Virus record (IMG/VR): IMGVR_UViG_3300025108_004750
Source: an uncultured virus (IMG/VR IMGVR_UViG_3300025108_004750)
Lineage: Duplodnaviria > Heunggongvirae > Uroviricota > Caudoviricetes
Direction: 5' to 3' (one strand)
Length of the DNA: 64,000 bases
Shown here one piece after another: positions 27,506 through 37,785 of this stretch. Both the position numbers and the translations under genes were made by a program. Each line of letters opens with the position of its first letter. The first letter of the stretch is position 1. The notes under the pieces are model-generated. The model did not search any database. It was not told where the DNA came from and saw nothing but the letters and a program-made list of their open reading frames with translations.

Positions 27506-30500
27506 ATGGCTTTAATATCACCAGGTGTACAAGTTAGCGTAATTGACGAGAGTTTTTACACACCAGCAGAACCAGGTACTACTCCAATGCTTTTTGTTGC
27601 TTCAAAGCAAGACAAACAAAACGCGGCAGGAACAGGTACAGCAAGAGGTACTACAAAGGCAAATGCCGGAGTACCATTTTTAATTACATCACAAAGAGAT
27701 TTATCAGACACGTTCGGAGATCCATACTTCCAAACAGATGCTAGTAACAATCCAGTAAACGGCGGCGAACTAAACGAATACGGTTTACAAGCGGCATATT
27801 CATATTTGGGTGTTAGTAACAGAGCATTTGTTGTAAGAGCAGATGTTGATCTAGACGAATTAAGCCCAAGTGCAAATGCACCAGCGGCTAATCCAGCAAA
27901 CGGAACATATTGGTTTGACACAGCATTAACAAAATACGGAATATTTGAGTGGAACGGCAATGCCGTAACTGTTACTGGTGGACAGTCATTCACTAATAAA
28001 GTTCCATTAGTTATTACAAACAAATCTAACTTAGTTGGCGAAACTAACACAGGCGCTCCGAAAGGTGCAGTAGGTGCAGTAGGCGACTATGCAGTAGTAA
28101 CAACAACTACTACTAATAAAGTATACTACAAAAACTCTTCAGGAGCATGGGTCAAAGTAGGATCAGCTGATTGGGTTAAGAGTTGGCCAACTGTAACAGG
28201 TACTTCAACAGGTACTCATACAACTGGACACACTATTGTAATTAACGGCACAACGTTAGCGGCAACAGGAACTACAGTAACACAGTATGCGGCTGATATT
28301 ACAGGCGCAGGTATTACAGGTGTAACTGCAAGTGTTGTAGACGGAAAATTAAACATTTTTGGTGACGGTTCAAACACAACTGACGGATCAACAGATGATG
28401 ACGGTGCGATTGCTATTTCAGCAGGTGCTTCAGGTACATTGTTAGCAGACTTAGGTTTAACAGCAGGTACTTACTACTCACCAGCATTTGAAATTGCTCC
28501 ACACACAGCAGTTCCAGGATTTAAAACAGCAGATACTAAAACAAGACCTACAGGTAGTGTTTGGTTTAAAACAACTGACGCTAATTTAGGTGTACAAATG
28601 AAAGTTAAAGCATTTAATAGTACAACTAAGTTATGGGAAGACAAACCAGCTCCTGTTTACAAGACACACCAAGATGCTATCTTTAATTTAGATAAAACAA
28701 CTGGTGGACTTGGACTTGCATTAGGACAGTTATATGTACAAGCACACACAACTGAAGCAGAAAATGAAGAATTTGATTTTACAATTTTTGCAAGAAACAG
28801 TTCAACTGCAACTTCGATTACTTCAAGTGCAGTAGCAACACAGTTAAGCAGTCAGTCATATGGTTTCCAAATGTCAGAGAGTATTGTTGGACAAGCGGCT
28901 ATGTCAACAGGCAAAGCATTAAGCGTAACAGCAACTGGCGCGGCAAGTGATGCAGACTTAATTGCTAATGCAATTAATGCGGCAGGATTTGTTAACATTG
29001 TTGCAAGCGTAGACGCAAGTAACAGAGTTATTATCCAGCACAACGATGGCGGAGAAATCCACATTAAAGATACAAACGGTGCATTAGGATTAATTGGCTT
29101 TGCGGCATTTAACTACACAACAAAAGCAGGTACTGCAAACTTATATGCGGCACCAACAGGTGATTCAACTTATGACTTCCACGCTTCAAACTGGAAGATC
29201 TTAACACAAACTGCAAGTGCAGATGCTCCAACAGCATTAACAACTGATGGTGCATTATGGTACAACAGTATTGTTGACGAAGTTGATATTATGGTACACG
29301 ATGGTAATACATGGAAAGGTTATCAGAACGTTTACAGTTCAGCTGATCCACTAGGACCAATTGTTAGTGCTACAGAACCAACTACACAACAAGATGGTTC
29401 ATCTGCACTAGTAACAGGTGATATTTGGGTATCAACAGCAGACTTAGAAAACTATCCACAAGTACACAAATATAATTCAGATTTAGCAAAATGGTTAGCA
29501 TTAGACGAAGGCGACCAAACATCAGAAGATGGTATTTTATTTGCTGATGCACGTTATGGTACAAGTGGCGGTACAGCTACAGTAGCACCAAGCGGAACTA
29601 TTGCAGAACTGTTAGTTAGTGATCACTTAGACACTGACGCACCAGATCCTGCACTATATCCAAAAGGAATGTTGCTTTGGAACTTACGTAGAAGCGGATT
29701 TAACGTTAAGAAATTTGTACGCAATCATGTAGATGTTACTCAGGACAATATTAGAATGGGTGATGTGAGCATGGCGGCATACTATCCACACAGATGGATA
29801 ACTGAATCAGCTAACCAAGTTGATGGTTCAGGTAGCTTTGGACGTAAAGCACAGCGTAAAGTTATTGTACAAGCATTACAAGCAATGGTTAACAGTAACC
29901 AAGACATTAGAGATGATGAGTCTAGATTGTTTAACGTTATGGCAACTCCAAGTTATCCAGAACTAATTGGTGAAATGGTTGCACTTAACAATGATAGAGG
30001 CTTAACAGCATTTATCGTAGGTGACAGTCCAGTAAGATTACAAAGTGACGGAACTACATTAAATAATTGGGGTTCAAACACAGCACTAGCAGTTGAAGAT
30101 AATGACAACGGTGCAGTAACTAGAGACGAATATTTAGGTATGTTCTACCCTAGCTTGTTTACAAGTGATAATGCAGGTAACAACGTAGTTGTTCCACCAA
30201 GTCACGGTATTCTAAGAACACTAGCATTAAGCGATCAAGTATCGTTTCCATGGTTTGCTCCAGCAGGAACAAGACGTGGTGGAATTACAAATGCAAGTGC
30301 GGCAGGATATGTAGATGCAGAAGGCGAATTTAAGTCAATTGCACTTAATGAAGGACAGCGTGATACACTTTATGCTAACAACATTAACCCAATTACATTC
30401 CTAACAGGAGCAGGACTTGTTAACTTTGGTCAAAAGACAAGAGCAAAGAACGCAAGTGCATTAGACAGAATCAACGTAGCAAGACTAGTAATTTACTTGA

Positions 30501-30781
30501 GATCACAACTTAAGAAACTTGCTAAACCTTACATCTTTGAACCAAACGATAAAATCACACGTGATGAGATCAAGGCGCAAGCAGACAGCTTAATGCTAGA
30601 GCTAGTGTCACAAAGAGCGTTGTATGACTTCCTAGTTGTATGTGATGAGTCTAATAATACTCCAAGCAGAATTGATAGAAATGAACTATACTTAGACATA
30701 GCTATTGAACCTGTTAAAGCAGTAGAGTTTATTTACATTCCGCTGAGATTGAAAAATACAGGCGAAATTAGTGGACTATAA
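27506..30781 (+). CDS. tail sheath protein (gp18-like), 1091 aa with large central insertion
   Basis: ISPGVQVSVIDES, PWFAPAGTRRG, RDTLY.NNINPI, FGQKT, LDRINVARL, FEPND..TR, VCDESNN, EFIYIP. Confidence 0.95.
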   Translation: MALISPGVQVSVIDESFYTPAEPGTTPMLFVASKQDKQNAAGTGTARGTTKANAGVPFLITSQRDLSDTFGDPYFQTDASNNPVNGGELNEYGLQAAYSYLGVSNRAFVVRADVDLDELSPSANAPAANPANGTYWFDTALTKYGIFEWNGNAVTVTGGQSFTNKVPLVITNKSNLVGETNTGAPKGAVGAVGDYAVVTTTTTNKVYYKNSSGAWVKVGSADWVKSWPTVTGTSTGTHTTGHTIVINGTTLAATGTTVTQYAADITGAGITGVTASVVDGKLNIFGDGSNTTDGSTDDDGAIAISAGASGTLLADLGLTAGTYYSPAFEIAPHTAVPGFKTADTKTRPTGSVWFKTTDANLGVQMKVKAFNSTTKLWEDKPAPVYKTHQDAIFNLDKTTGGLGLALGQLYVQAHTTEAENEEFDFTIFARNSSTATSITSSAVATQLSSQSYGFQMSESIVGQAAMSTGKALSVTATGAASDADLIANAINAAGFVNIVASVDASNRVIIQHNDGGEIHIKDTNGALGLIGFAAFNYTTKAGTANLYAAPTGDSTYDFHASNWKILTQTASADAPTALTTDGALWYNSIVDEVDIMVHDGNTWKGYQNVYSSADPLGPIVSATEPTTQQDGSSALVTGDIWVSTADLENYPQVHKYNSDLAKWLALDEGDQTSEDGILFADARYGTSGGTATVAPSGTIAELLVSDHLDTDAPDPALYPKGMLLWNLRRSGFNVKKFVRNHVDVTQDNIRMGDVSMAAYYPHRWITESANQVDGSGSFGRKAQRKVIVQALQAMVNSNQDIRDDESRLFNVMATPSYPELIGEMVALNNDRGLTAFIVGDSPVRLQSDGTTLNNWGSNTALAVEDNDNGAVTRDEYLGMFYPSLFTSDNAGNNVVVPPSHGILRTLALSDQVSFPWFAPAGTRRGGITNASAAGYVDAEGEFKSIALNEGQRDTLYANNINPITFLTGAGLVNFGQKTRAKNASALDRINVARLVIYLRSQLKKLAKPYIFEPNDKITRDEIKAQADSLMLELVSQRALYDFLVVCDESNNTPSRIDRNELYLDIAIEPVKAVEFIYIPLRLKNTGEISGL

Positions 30782-30785
30782 TCAG

Positions 30786-30792
30786 ATAAATA
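30786..30792 (+). promoter_or_regulatory. late promoter for tail tube
   Basis: GATAAATA, then AGGAG SD. Confidence 0.7.
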
Positions 30793-30811
30793 AAAGTAAC
30801 AGGAGCATATA

Positions 30812-31441
30812 ATGGCAATTTCAACACTTTCAAAATTAACAGTACCTTTAGATAGTAACGCAAGTGCATCTAATCAGGGGTTGTTAATGCCCAAACTACA
30901 GTATCGCTTTAGAGTGAGCTTAGAAAACTTTGGTGTATCGAGTCCGTCAACAGAGCTAACAAAACAAGTTATGGACGTAACAAGACCTAGCGTTAGTTTT
31001 GATCAAATGACGGTTGATATTTACAACTCCAGAGTTTATCTTGCTGGTAAGCATACTTGGGAACCAATTACACTTAACTTGCGTGAAGATGTTAGCAACA
31101 ACGTACAGAAAATGGTTGGCGAACAACTTCAGAAACAGTTTGATTTCTTTGAGCAATCTAGTGCGGCAAGTGGTGCAGACTACAAGTTTGTAACTAGAAT
31201 TGAAATCTTAGACGGTGGTAACGGAGCAAATGCGGCAACAGTATTAGAAACATTTGAATTATACGGTTGTTACTTAGAAAGTACTAACTATAACACACTA
31301 AACTATGCAACTTCTGAAGTTGTAACAGTAGCGTTAACAATTAGATACGATAATGCAATACAATCACCACAAGGTACAGGCTTAGGAACAGCAGTAGGTA
31401 GAACAATTAATACTGCTATCACAGGCGGTGGCGCTATCTAA
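30812..31441 (+). CDS. tail tube protein (gp19-like)
   Basis: Follows sheath; PKLQYRFRV, YLAGKHTWEPIT, LYGCY, LTIRYDNA. Confidence 0.85.
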   Translation: MAISTLSKLTVPLDSNASASNQGLLMPKLQYRFRVSLENFGVSSPSTELTKQVMDVTRPSVSFDQMTVDIYNSRVYLAGKHTWEPITLNLREDVSNNVQKMVGEQLQKQFDFFEQSSAASGADYKFVTRIEILDGGNGANAATVLETFELYGCYLESTNYNTLNYATSEVVTVALTIRYDNAIQSPQGTGLGTAVGRTINTAITGGGAI

Positions 31442-31460
31442 GCAAAGCAAAATTTAAATT

Positions 31461-31485
31461 AAGGGGCATTTATGTCCCTTTTTTT
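31461..31485 (+). terminator. rho-independent terminator after tail tube
   Basis: AAGGGGCAT-TT-ATGTCCCTT followed by T run. Confidence 0.8.
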
Positions 31486-31519
31486 ATGACTGAATTATCT
31501 ACCTACTTTATTAAAAAGG

Positions 31520-31526
31520 CTAAATA
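31520..31526 (+). promoter_or_regulatory. late promoter, leaderless configuration
   Basis: CTAAATA-TTAGT-ATG31532; no SD. Confidence 0.65.
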
Positions 31527-31531
31527 TTAGT

Positions 31532-32737
31532 ATGAGCTTTTTAAACGGATTTTTAGACAACGTTGTATCAGGGGCATTAAGCCCTAAAGGCAACCTTGGA
31601 GACTACCAACATGCCGCGAGGCTATTTGTTGATGATCATCACAGATTAACACCAAAGGTAAAGTTTCTTTATCATGTTACATTTAACATAAACAGACAAG
31701 CGGCGGCAGTAATTCCTCAATTAGCAGAAAAGCATTTGAATGAACTTAACATGCTTGTTAAGTCTGCACAGTTACCAGCATACAACATTCAAACAGATGT
31801 TAAACATCAATACAATAGAAAAAGAGTTGTACAAAAGCGTATTGATTATCAACCAGTTACTATTGGTTTACATGATGATAATATGGGTGTTACAACTGCT
31901 ATGTGGGAAGCATACTATAGATACTACTATAGAGATGGTAATTATGCGGCTACTAAGCCAGCAGGTGCACCAGAGTCTGGATCAGCATTACCTGAATATA
32001 ATAAAGGTAATTCGTACGGAGGATTAAACCAACCACAATACAGATACGGTCTTGACAACGATAGTTTTGCTCCATTTTTTGATAGTATTACTATCACTCA
32101 AATGGCTCGGAAGAATTACACATCATTTCAATTAATAAATCCAATAATTAGTCAATGGCAACATGATACTATGGACAACAGTGTAAGTGATCCTGTACAA
32201 AGTACAATGACAATTGATTATGAAACAGTTCATTACAGTAGAGGCCCAATTGGTAACGGCGGACCTAAAGGTTTTGCAGAAGAGCATTATGATAAGACAC
32301 CAAGTCCAAACTCATTAGCAGGAGGCGGTGCTTCAAGTCTACTAGGAGTAGGTGGAGTATTAGCAGGAGGCTTTGGAGTATTAAGTGATATTACTGGTGG
32401 TACAGCAAACTTTGGTACAGTATTAAAAGCGGCAAACACAATAAAAAATGCAGGTGGATTAAATACTGCTGGTGTTCAAGGTGAATTACTAGGTAGCGTA
32501 GTTAGTAGTATTGGAAAAACAGCAGGCATTGATGTAAGCGGAGTTGCAGGAGTTGTTACACCAAACGGTGGAGGTAGTGGCTCAGCTAAGACAGCGGCAA
32601 TAGCGGCGGCTATTGTTGGAGGCGGATCGTTATTAAATAACGCACTAGCATCTGGAGCAACAAAATCAAAAACAAATACAGTATCAGCAAATGCACCAAC
32701 TGGTCCAAGAGACGGTGGAAACCCAGGTGGGTTTTAG
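31532..32737 (+). CDS. tail-tube-fold baseplate/tube initiator protein (gp48/gp54-like) with Gly-rich C-terminus
   Basis: LVKSAQLP..QYNRK..Y.PV.I.LHDD; LINP.I..W.HD..D....TIDYE resembles tube-fold paralogues. Confidence 0.55.
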   Translation: MSFLNGFLDNVVSGALSPKGNLGDYQHAARLFVDDHHRLTPKVKFLYHVTFNINRQAAAVIPQLAEKHLNELNMLVKSAQLPAYNIQTDVKHQYNRKRVVQKRIDYQPVTIGLHDDNMGVTTAMWEAYYRYYYRDGNYAATKPAGAPESGSALPEYNKGNSYGGLNQPQYRYGLDNDSFAPFFDSITITQMARKNYTSFQLINPIISQWQHDTMDNSVSDPVQSTMTIDYETVHYSRGPIGNGGPKGFAEEHYDKTPSPNSLAGGGASSLLGVGGVLAGGFGVLSDITGGTANFGTVLKAANTIKNAGGLNTAGVQGELLGSVVSSIGKTAGIDVSGVAGVVTPNGGGSGSAKTAAIAAAIVGGGSLLNNALASGATKSKTNTVSANAPTGPRDGGNPGGF

Positions 32738-32755
32738 AAAAGGTATAGGAACATA

Positions 32756-33133
32756 ATGGATAAAGTACAATTAAATTTACCAGTAAAAGAACCAAACTCA
32801 AGTGCTAGTGATGTAAAAAGGTATTTCAATACTTACTATCAAAAACAATTAGCATACCCAAGCAATGAAGTAGATGCTGTGATAGGTTTCTTAGAATCAA
32901 AAGGTTTTGATAGACCTGCGGCACAGTCTACTGGAGCAATATTACTACAACAAGCAAAAATAGATAATGTTAAAATATTTGAACTATTAGATACGCTTAA
33001 AGGGTTAGACAAACTTCAACTTAGCGTTGCTGTTGCAACTGTACTAAATTTTAATAGACAAAAAATTAGTACATTAGGATTTAGAGTAACTAATACAAAT
33101 ACTCCGTTAGAAGCAAGAAACATAATGGGGTAA
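32756..33133 (+). CDS. hypothetical protein
   Basis: Intact ORF with AGGA SD in structural cluster. Confidence 0.7.
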   Translation: MDKVQLNLPVKEPNSSASDVKRYFNTYYQKQLAYPSNEVDAVIGFLESKGFDRPAAQSTGAILLQQAKIDNVKIFELLDTLKGLDKLQLSVAVATVLNFNRQKISTLGFRVTNTNTPLEARNIMG

Positions 33134-33136
33134 CCC

Positions 33137-33571
33137 ATGGCACGTTTTGCACAAGGAAAATTCGAACCTAAAAACCCAGACAAGTATGTAGGACGTAAAA
33201 CGCCAACTTATCGTAGTAGTTGGGAATTTGCGTTTTGTAAATTTTGCGATGAGAACCCATCAATACAAGCATGGGCAAGTGAAGCAGTAAAAATACCATA
33301 TAGAAATCCGTTAACAGGTAAACAAACAATATATGTTCCTGATTTTTTTATACAGTATAAGACTAAAAAGGGTAGAAATATGGTTGAACTTATAGAAGTA
33401 AAACCAGATAATCAAGTTACAATGGAATCAGCTGGCAAATCTAGACACAATCAATTAGCAGTTGCATTAAATATGGCCAAATGGGAAGCCGCAAGGGCTT
33501 ACTGTAAGTCTAAAGGAATGTCTTTTAGAGTAGTTACAGAAAAGGACATGTTCCACAACGGAAAACGATAA
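33137..33571 (+). CDS. head completion nuclease (gp4-like, TnsA-N fold)
   Basis: F.PKNP.KY.G, YRSSWE, W.SE..IPY, YVPDF, IEVKP, N.AKW.AA..YC. Confidence 0.88.
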   Translation: MARFAQGKFEPKNPDKYVGRKTPTYRSSWEFAFCKFCDENPSIQAWASEAVKIPYRNPLTGKQTIYVPDFFIQYKTKKGRNMVELIEVKPDNQVTMESAGKSRHNQLAVALNMAKWEAARAYCKSKGMSFRVVTEKDMFHNGKR

Positions 33572-33600
33572 ATAATAGTAGCAGTTAATGTGAGTATATA

Positions 33601-34086
33601 ATGACAAAGAAATTAGAAGAACTTCTTGATTTACCTGATAGTAAAGAAATTATCAAACAAGATCAGAAGAAAGACAGAAAAGACGTAGTAGCTCAACAGA
33701 ATGAAACTCTGAGAGATATTGCTGAGTTTGATAAAATTGCTGGAGCATTGCCGGCAGTAAAAGGTTTAGGCGAATTAGCTGATACAGAACTAAATGAAGT
33801 TGCACAAAAGGCAATGGATGCCTATGACGATCTAATGGATTTAGGTATGAACGTTGAATCAAGATACTCAGGCAGGGTATTTGAAGTAGCAGGTGGTATG
33901 CTTAAAACATCACTTGATGCTAAAGTTGCTAAGTTAGATAAAAAACTTAAAATGGTAGAACTCCAACTTAAGAAAGAGAAGATGGACAAAGACGGTAAAC
34001 CTGATGATGAAATGATTGCAGGCGAAGGTTATATAGTAACAGACCGTAATAGTTTGCTCGAAAAACTTAAGAATATGGATAAATAA
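33601..34086 (+). CDS. hypothetical protein, possible terminase small subunit
   Basis: Helical, R.FEVAG.MLKT, C-terminal DRNSLLEKL; preceded by ATAAATA at 33568; upstream of TerL. Confidence 0.45.
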   Translation: MTKKLEELLDLPDSKEIIKQDQKKDRKDVVAQQNETLRDIAEFDKIAGALPAVKGLGELADTELNEVAQKAMDAYDDLMDLGMNVESRYSGRVFEVAGGMLKTSLDAKVAKLDKKLKMVELQLKKEKMDKDGKPDDEMIAGEGYIVTDRNSLLEKLKNMDK

Positions 34087-34104
34087 TTTAATAAGGACGA
34101 AAAC

Positions 34105-34659
34105 ATGTTTGAAAAATACCTAGCAGAAGCTAAAAAAATATACGAATTTAACATTGGAATAGCAGGTGAACTACCCGAAAATTGTGAGGATAGTTTAGAG
34201 ACATGCTTGAACCGTTATAGCGTAGCGTCAATGAGTGCAGGCAAGAAAACGCCAATTCAAGAACGCCCGTTAGACTTTCCACAACTTAGTAATTGTGAAG
34301 TTACATATTACGAAGTTGGATTAAATTATCCTACAACACCACAAGTGTTAGGAGAATATATCACACAGTGTTGTGATATTGACAGAGCTCATCTTATAGT
34401 ACGTAATGTGAATGAACCACAAGAAATGTACCAAGCAATTAAAGATGATGAGCCATACCAAGTCAAACTAGAAACAGAAGATATGGGCGGAGATTCAGCA
34501 CAAGATGATGTTGGTTCAAGCCGTGTTATGTCACTATTAAAAGAACTTGAAACTGCTAGATCAGAAAAAGAAAATGATCCGTTACAAGATGTTAAACCAG
34601 GTGAAGGCGCAGATATCACCGACAAGGAAAATACTGTATCACCAGTAGGGAGCAAATAA
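34105..34659 (+). CDS. hypothetical protein, possible internal head protein
   Basis: ATAAATA at 34079; N-terminus MFEKYLAE resembles a T4 capsid-targeting sequence. Confidence 0.5.
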   Translation: MFEKYLAEAKKIYEFNIGIAGELPENCEDSLETCLNRYSVASMSAGKKTPIQERPLDFPQLSNCEVTYYEVGLNYPTTPQVLGEYITQCCDIDRAHLIVRNVNEPQEMYQAIKDDEPYQVKLETEDMGGDSAQDDVGSSRVMSLLKELETARSEKENDPLQDVKPGEGADITDKENTVSPVGSK

Positions 34660-35390
34660 TGAACCTTAAAGACATGATTGCTAAAATGGACGCTATCGAA
34701 GCTCCTAGCAAAAAACAAGAATTAAAAGAATCAGCATCAATGAATATTTCAATGACAGCAGACGATGCTGGACAAGTTGGACAGCTTATGTCAATGATGC
34801 GTAATGCAGGAATGAATCCAACAGCAGTTAGTGATAAACCACTAGCACCAAGAATGGATATGGAAAAGCACATTAAAGCATTAGGTGCAATGGACGATGA
34901 TCCAGAAATTCCAGGCAGAGATGATGTTGACGGAGACAAAGACTTAAAAGCAGGTATAATTGCTAAAGGCTTAGGAGCAACAGGTGGCGCAGTAGCAGGC
35001 GATGCATTAGATAAAGCAACAGGCGGTGTTGCAAGTACAGCGGCAATGGGCATGGGAGCAAAAGCAGGCGGAGCAATCGGCGGAGCATTAGGTGGTCCAG
35101 CTGGAGCGGCAATTGGTGCAGGATTAGGCGGAGCAATAGGTTCACAAGCACCTAAAATTGCAGGCGGACTTGCAGGAGCGGCAATGGTCGATGATGAACA
35201 AAAAGAAGATTATGCTAACTCACCAGATGAGCAGTATTCACCAGCATCAGATGTAACTAATCCTCCTTCAAACGATTTAAATAAATCTAAAAAATCTTAT
35301 CCAAAAGTAGCAGGCGGCGATAACCCAAGAGCACTAGCAGATAAAATTAAAGAAGAACTTTCTTCATTATATTCAGAGTACAAGGGGTAA
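34659..35390 (+). CDS. hypothetical protein with glycine-zipper segment
   Basis: GAKAGGAIGGALGGPAGAAIGAGLGGAIG; paralogous to 35781..36137. Confidence 0.7.
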   Translation: MNLKDMIAKMDAIEAPSKKQELKESASMNISMTADDAGQVGQLMSMMRNAGMNPTAVSDKPLAPRMDMEKHIKALGAMDDDPEIPGRDDVDGDKDLKAGIIAKGLGATGGAVAGDALDKATGGVASTAAMGMGAKAGGAIGGALGGPAGAAIGAGLGGAIGSQAPKIAGGLAGAAMVDDEQKEDYANSPDEQYSPASDVTNPPSNDLNKSKKSYPKVAGGDNPRALADKIKEELSSLYSEYKG

Positions 35391-35394
35391 TTAA

Positions 35395-35781
35395 ATGGCT
35401 GGACAAACAAGAGTAAACGGATCAGGAAAATCAGCGGCAGGTGATGTTCATTACCCAGGCGCATTTGCTTTTAAAATTTTAGTAAAAATTGCAAATGGCA
35501 CAGCAGTTGATCTAAGAGCAGAAGACGATGCATTAGATGAAACAGTAGAGCAAATTTGTAAAGAAATTAATCCTTTAATTTATCATACTACTAATGACAA
35601 CAGTGGTACAATGACTGTAGTATGTGATAACAGTGTAACAGCGGCAGACTTACAAACACGTATTAGAAGAATTGGAACAGCGGCAAACTATCCAACTAGT
35701 ACAGTAACAGCAGTTGGACCAAATAACATTGATACAAGCGGTTCATTAGTAACTCTTGCGGCAACACTAGTAGCAACATAA
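35395..35781 (+). CDS. hypothetical small virion protein
   Basis: Intact ORF with SD, TRVNG N-terminus, in late cluster. Confidence 0.6.
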   Translation: MAGQTRVNGSGKSAAGDVHYPGAFAFKILVKIANGTAVDLRAEDDALDETVEQICKEINPLIYHTTNDNSGTMTVVCDNSVTAADLQTRIRRIGTAANYPTSTVTAVGPNNIDTSGSLVTLAATLVAT

Positions 35782-36137
35782 TGCGTGATTTACTGGAGAA
35801 GTTAGATAATATCAGCTCACCAGTTAACGAGCAAGCAAGTGTTAACATCAACATGAATGCAGAAACTCCAAACGAAGTTGCTGAACTAATGCAAATGATG
35901 ACTAACGCAGGACTAAGTCCTAGTATTGTACAGACAGCAAAAATGGACGATCCAAAAATTCCAGGTAAAGACGATGTCGAAGGTGACCAAGATCTAAATG
36001 CAGGAGTACTAGGTAGTGCGGCTGGCGGATATCTTGGATCTACACTAGGCGCACCATTAGGTCCAATAGGATCAATTGGCGGTGCAGTTCTTGGCGGTGT
36101 ATTAGGTGACAAACTTACCGGCGACGGCATAGTTTAA
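35781..36137 (+). CDS. hypothetical glycine-zipper protein, paralogue of 34659..35390
   Basis: Shared E.AS.NI.M.A...V..LM.MM.NAG and MDDP.IPG.DDV.GD.DL.AG blocks. Confidence 0.7.
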   Translation: MRDLLEKLDNISSPVNEQASVNINMNAETPNEVAELMQMMTNAGLSPSIVQTAKMDDPKIPGKDDVEGDQDLNAGVLGSAAGGYLGSTLGAPLGPIGSIGGAVLGGVLGDKLTGDGIV

Positions 36138-36154
36138 ATTACAGTTTTGCTCAC

Positions 36155-36179
36155 ATAGGCCCAATGGGCCTATTTTTTT
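36155..36179 (+). terminator. rho-independent terminator before terminase
   Basis: ATAGGCCC-AAT-GGGCCTAT followed by T run. Confidence 0.85.
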
Positions 36180-36181
36180 GG

Positions 36182-36188
36182 TTAAATA
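36182..36188 (+). promoter_or_regulatory. late promoter for terminase, leaderless configuration
   Basis: TTAAATA-CTAGT-ATG36194 immediately after a terminator; no SD. Confidence 0.7.
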
Positions 36189-36193
36189 CTAGT

Positions 36194-37774
36194 ATGAGTA
36201 CTTCTTTAGACGGCGTCTTAATTAAGAAAGCCAATAAAACAGAAACATACACTGATGCACAAATTGAGGACCTTGCAAAATGCATGGACCCTAAAGATGG
36301 CTACGACCACTTTGCACGTAAGTTTGCTTATATTCAACATCCAGTAAAAGGTAAATTATTGTTTGAACCTTTTGCATATCAATCACGATTACTTCAAAGT
36401 TATCACGATCATAGATTTAATATAAACATGTTGCCAAGGCAGACTGGTAAAACTACTACTGCCGCAATATACCTAGCATGGTATGCAATGTTTCACCCAG
36501 ATCAAACTGTATTAATTGCCGCACACAAGTATACAGGCGCACAAGAAATTATGCAACGTATACGTTATGTGTATGAATCATGTCCGGACCATATTAGAGC
36601 AGGTGTTACAAACTATAACAAAGGCTCAATGGAGTTTGAAAACGGATCACGTATTGTTAGTGCTACAACAACAGGCAACACAGGACGTGGTATGTCCATA
36701 TCATTATTATACTGTGACGAGTTTGCATTTGTGAATCCTAATATTGCAGAAGAATTTTGGACATCAATATCACCTACACTAGCAACAGGTGGTCGTGCTA
36801 TTATTACAAGCACACCTAATAGTGATGAAGATACGTTTGCTGTTATTTGGAAACAATCACAAGACAGATATGACACACACGGCAATGAACAACAAGTAGG
36901 TGTAAACGGATTTCATGGATTTACATGCAGTTGGGATGAACACCCTGATAGAGACGAAGAATGGAAAGTTGACGAAATTGGACGTATTGGTGAAGAGAAA
37001 TTTAGACGTGAATACGGTTGCGAATTCCTAGTATATGATGAAACATTAATTAATAGTATTCATCTATCGACAATGGAAGCAAAAAATCCTCTAATGAATA
37101 TGGGGCAAACACGTTGGTATGCTAAACCAACAGCAGATCAAAATTATGCAGTAGCACTTGATCCAGCAATGGGTACAGGTGGAGACTATGCCGCAATTCA
37201 AGTATTCGAACTTCCAAGTTATAAACAAGTAGCAGAATGGCGTCATAATGAAACTCCTATACCTGCACAAATTAGAATACTAAGAGATATTTGCACACAC
37301 ATACAAGATAGTTCTAAAGGAACTGGTAATAACATTTATTGGAGTGTTGAAAACAATAGTATTGGAGAAGCCGCACTTATTGTTATTAACGATTTTGGTG
37401 AAGAAAATATACCCGGACTATTTGTAAGTGAACCTATGCGTAAAGGACATGTACGTAAGTTCCGTAAAGGATTTAATACTACACATGGTACTAAGATTAC
37501 AGCATGTAGTCGTTTAAAAACTATGGTTGAAAATAATAAGATAACTATTAACAGTGGCCCATTAATTACTGAACTAAAAAATTATGTTGCTACAGGTACT
37601 AGTTTTAGAGCAAAGCCGGGAGCTAATGATGACTTGGTTAGTGCTACATTACTTGCACTAAGAATGATGGCAGTAATGAAAGACTGGGATCCACGTATAT
37701 ACAGTACGTTTACGCAAGCAGAAGGAGAAGAATCATACGAACCGCCAATGCCAATTTTTGTTAGCGGTTATTGA
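36194..37774 (+). CDS. terminase large subunit (gp17-like)
   Basis: PRQTGKTT Walker A, LLYCDEFAF Walker B, ITSTPN, FRREYGCEF, ALDPAMG.GGDY, NDDLV. Confidence 0.96.
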   Translation: MSTSLDGVLIKKANKTETYTDAQIEDLAKCMDPKDGYDHFARKFAYIQHPVKGKLLFEPFAYQSRLLQSYHDHRFNINMLPRQTGKTTTAAIYLAWYAMFHPDQTVLIAAHKYTGAQEIMQRIRYVYESCPDHIRAGVTNYNKGSMEFENGSRIVSATTTGNTGRGMSISLLYCDEFAFVNPNIAEEFWTSISPTLATGGRAIITSTPNSDEDTFAVIWKQSQDRYDTHGNEQQVGVNGFHGFTCSWDEHPDRDEEWKVDEIGRIGEEKFRREYGCEFLVYDETLINSIHLSTMEAKNPLMNMGQTRWYAKPTADQNYAVALDPAMGTGGDYAAIQVFELPSYKQVAEWRHNETPIPAQIRILRDICTHIQDSSKGTGNNIYWSVENNSIGEAALIVINDFGEENIPGLFVSEPMRKGHVRKFRKGFNTTHGTKITACSRLKTMVENNKITINSGPLITELKNYVATGTSFRAKPGANDDLVSATLLALRMMAVMKDWDPRIYSTFTQAEGEESYEPPMPIFVSGY

Positions 37775-37780
37775 TAAATA
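37774..37780 (+). promoter_or_regulatory. late promoter, leaderless configuration
   Basis: ATAAATA-TTAAT-ATG37786. Confidence 0.7.
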
Positions 37781-37785
37781 TTAAT

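Noticed and set aside
36164..36193. N-terminal extension of the terminase (MGLFFWLNTS)
   Set aside because: That ATG lies in the terminator hairpin; the promoter-linked ATG36194 is more plausible.
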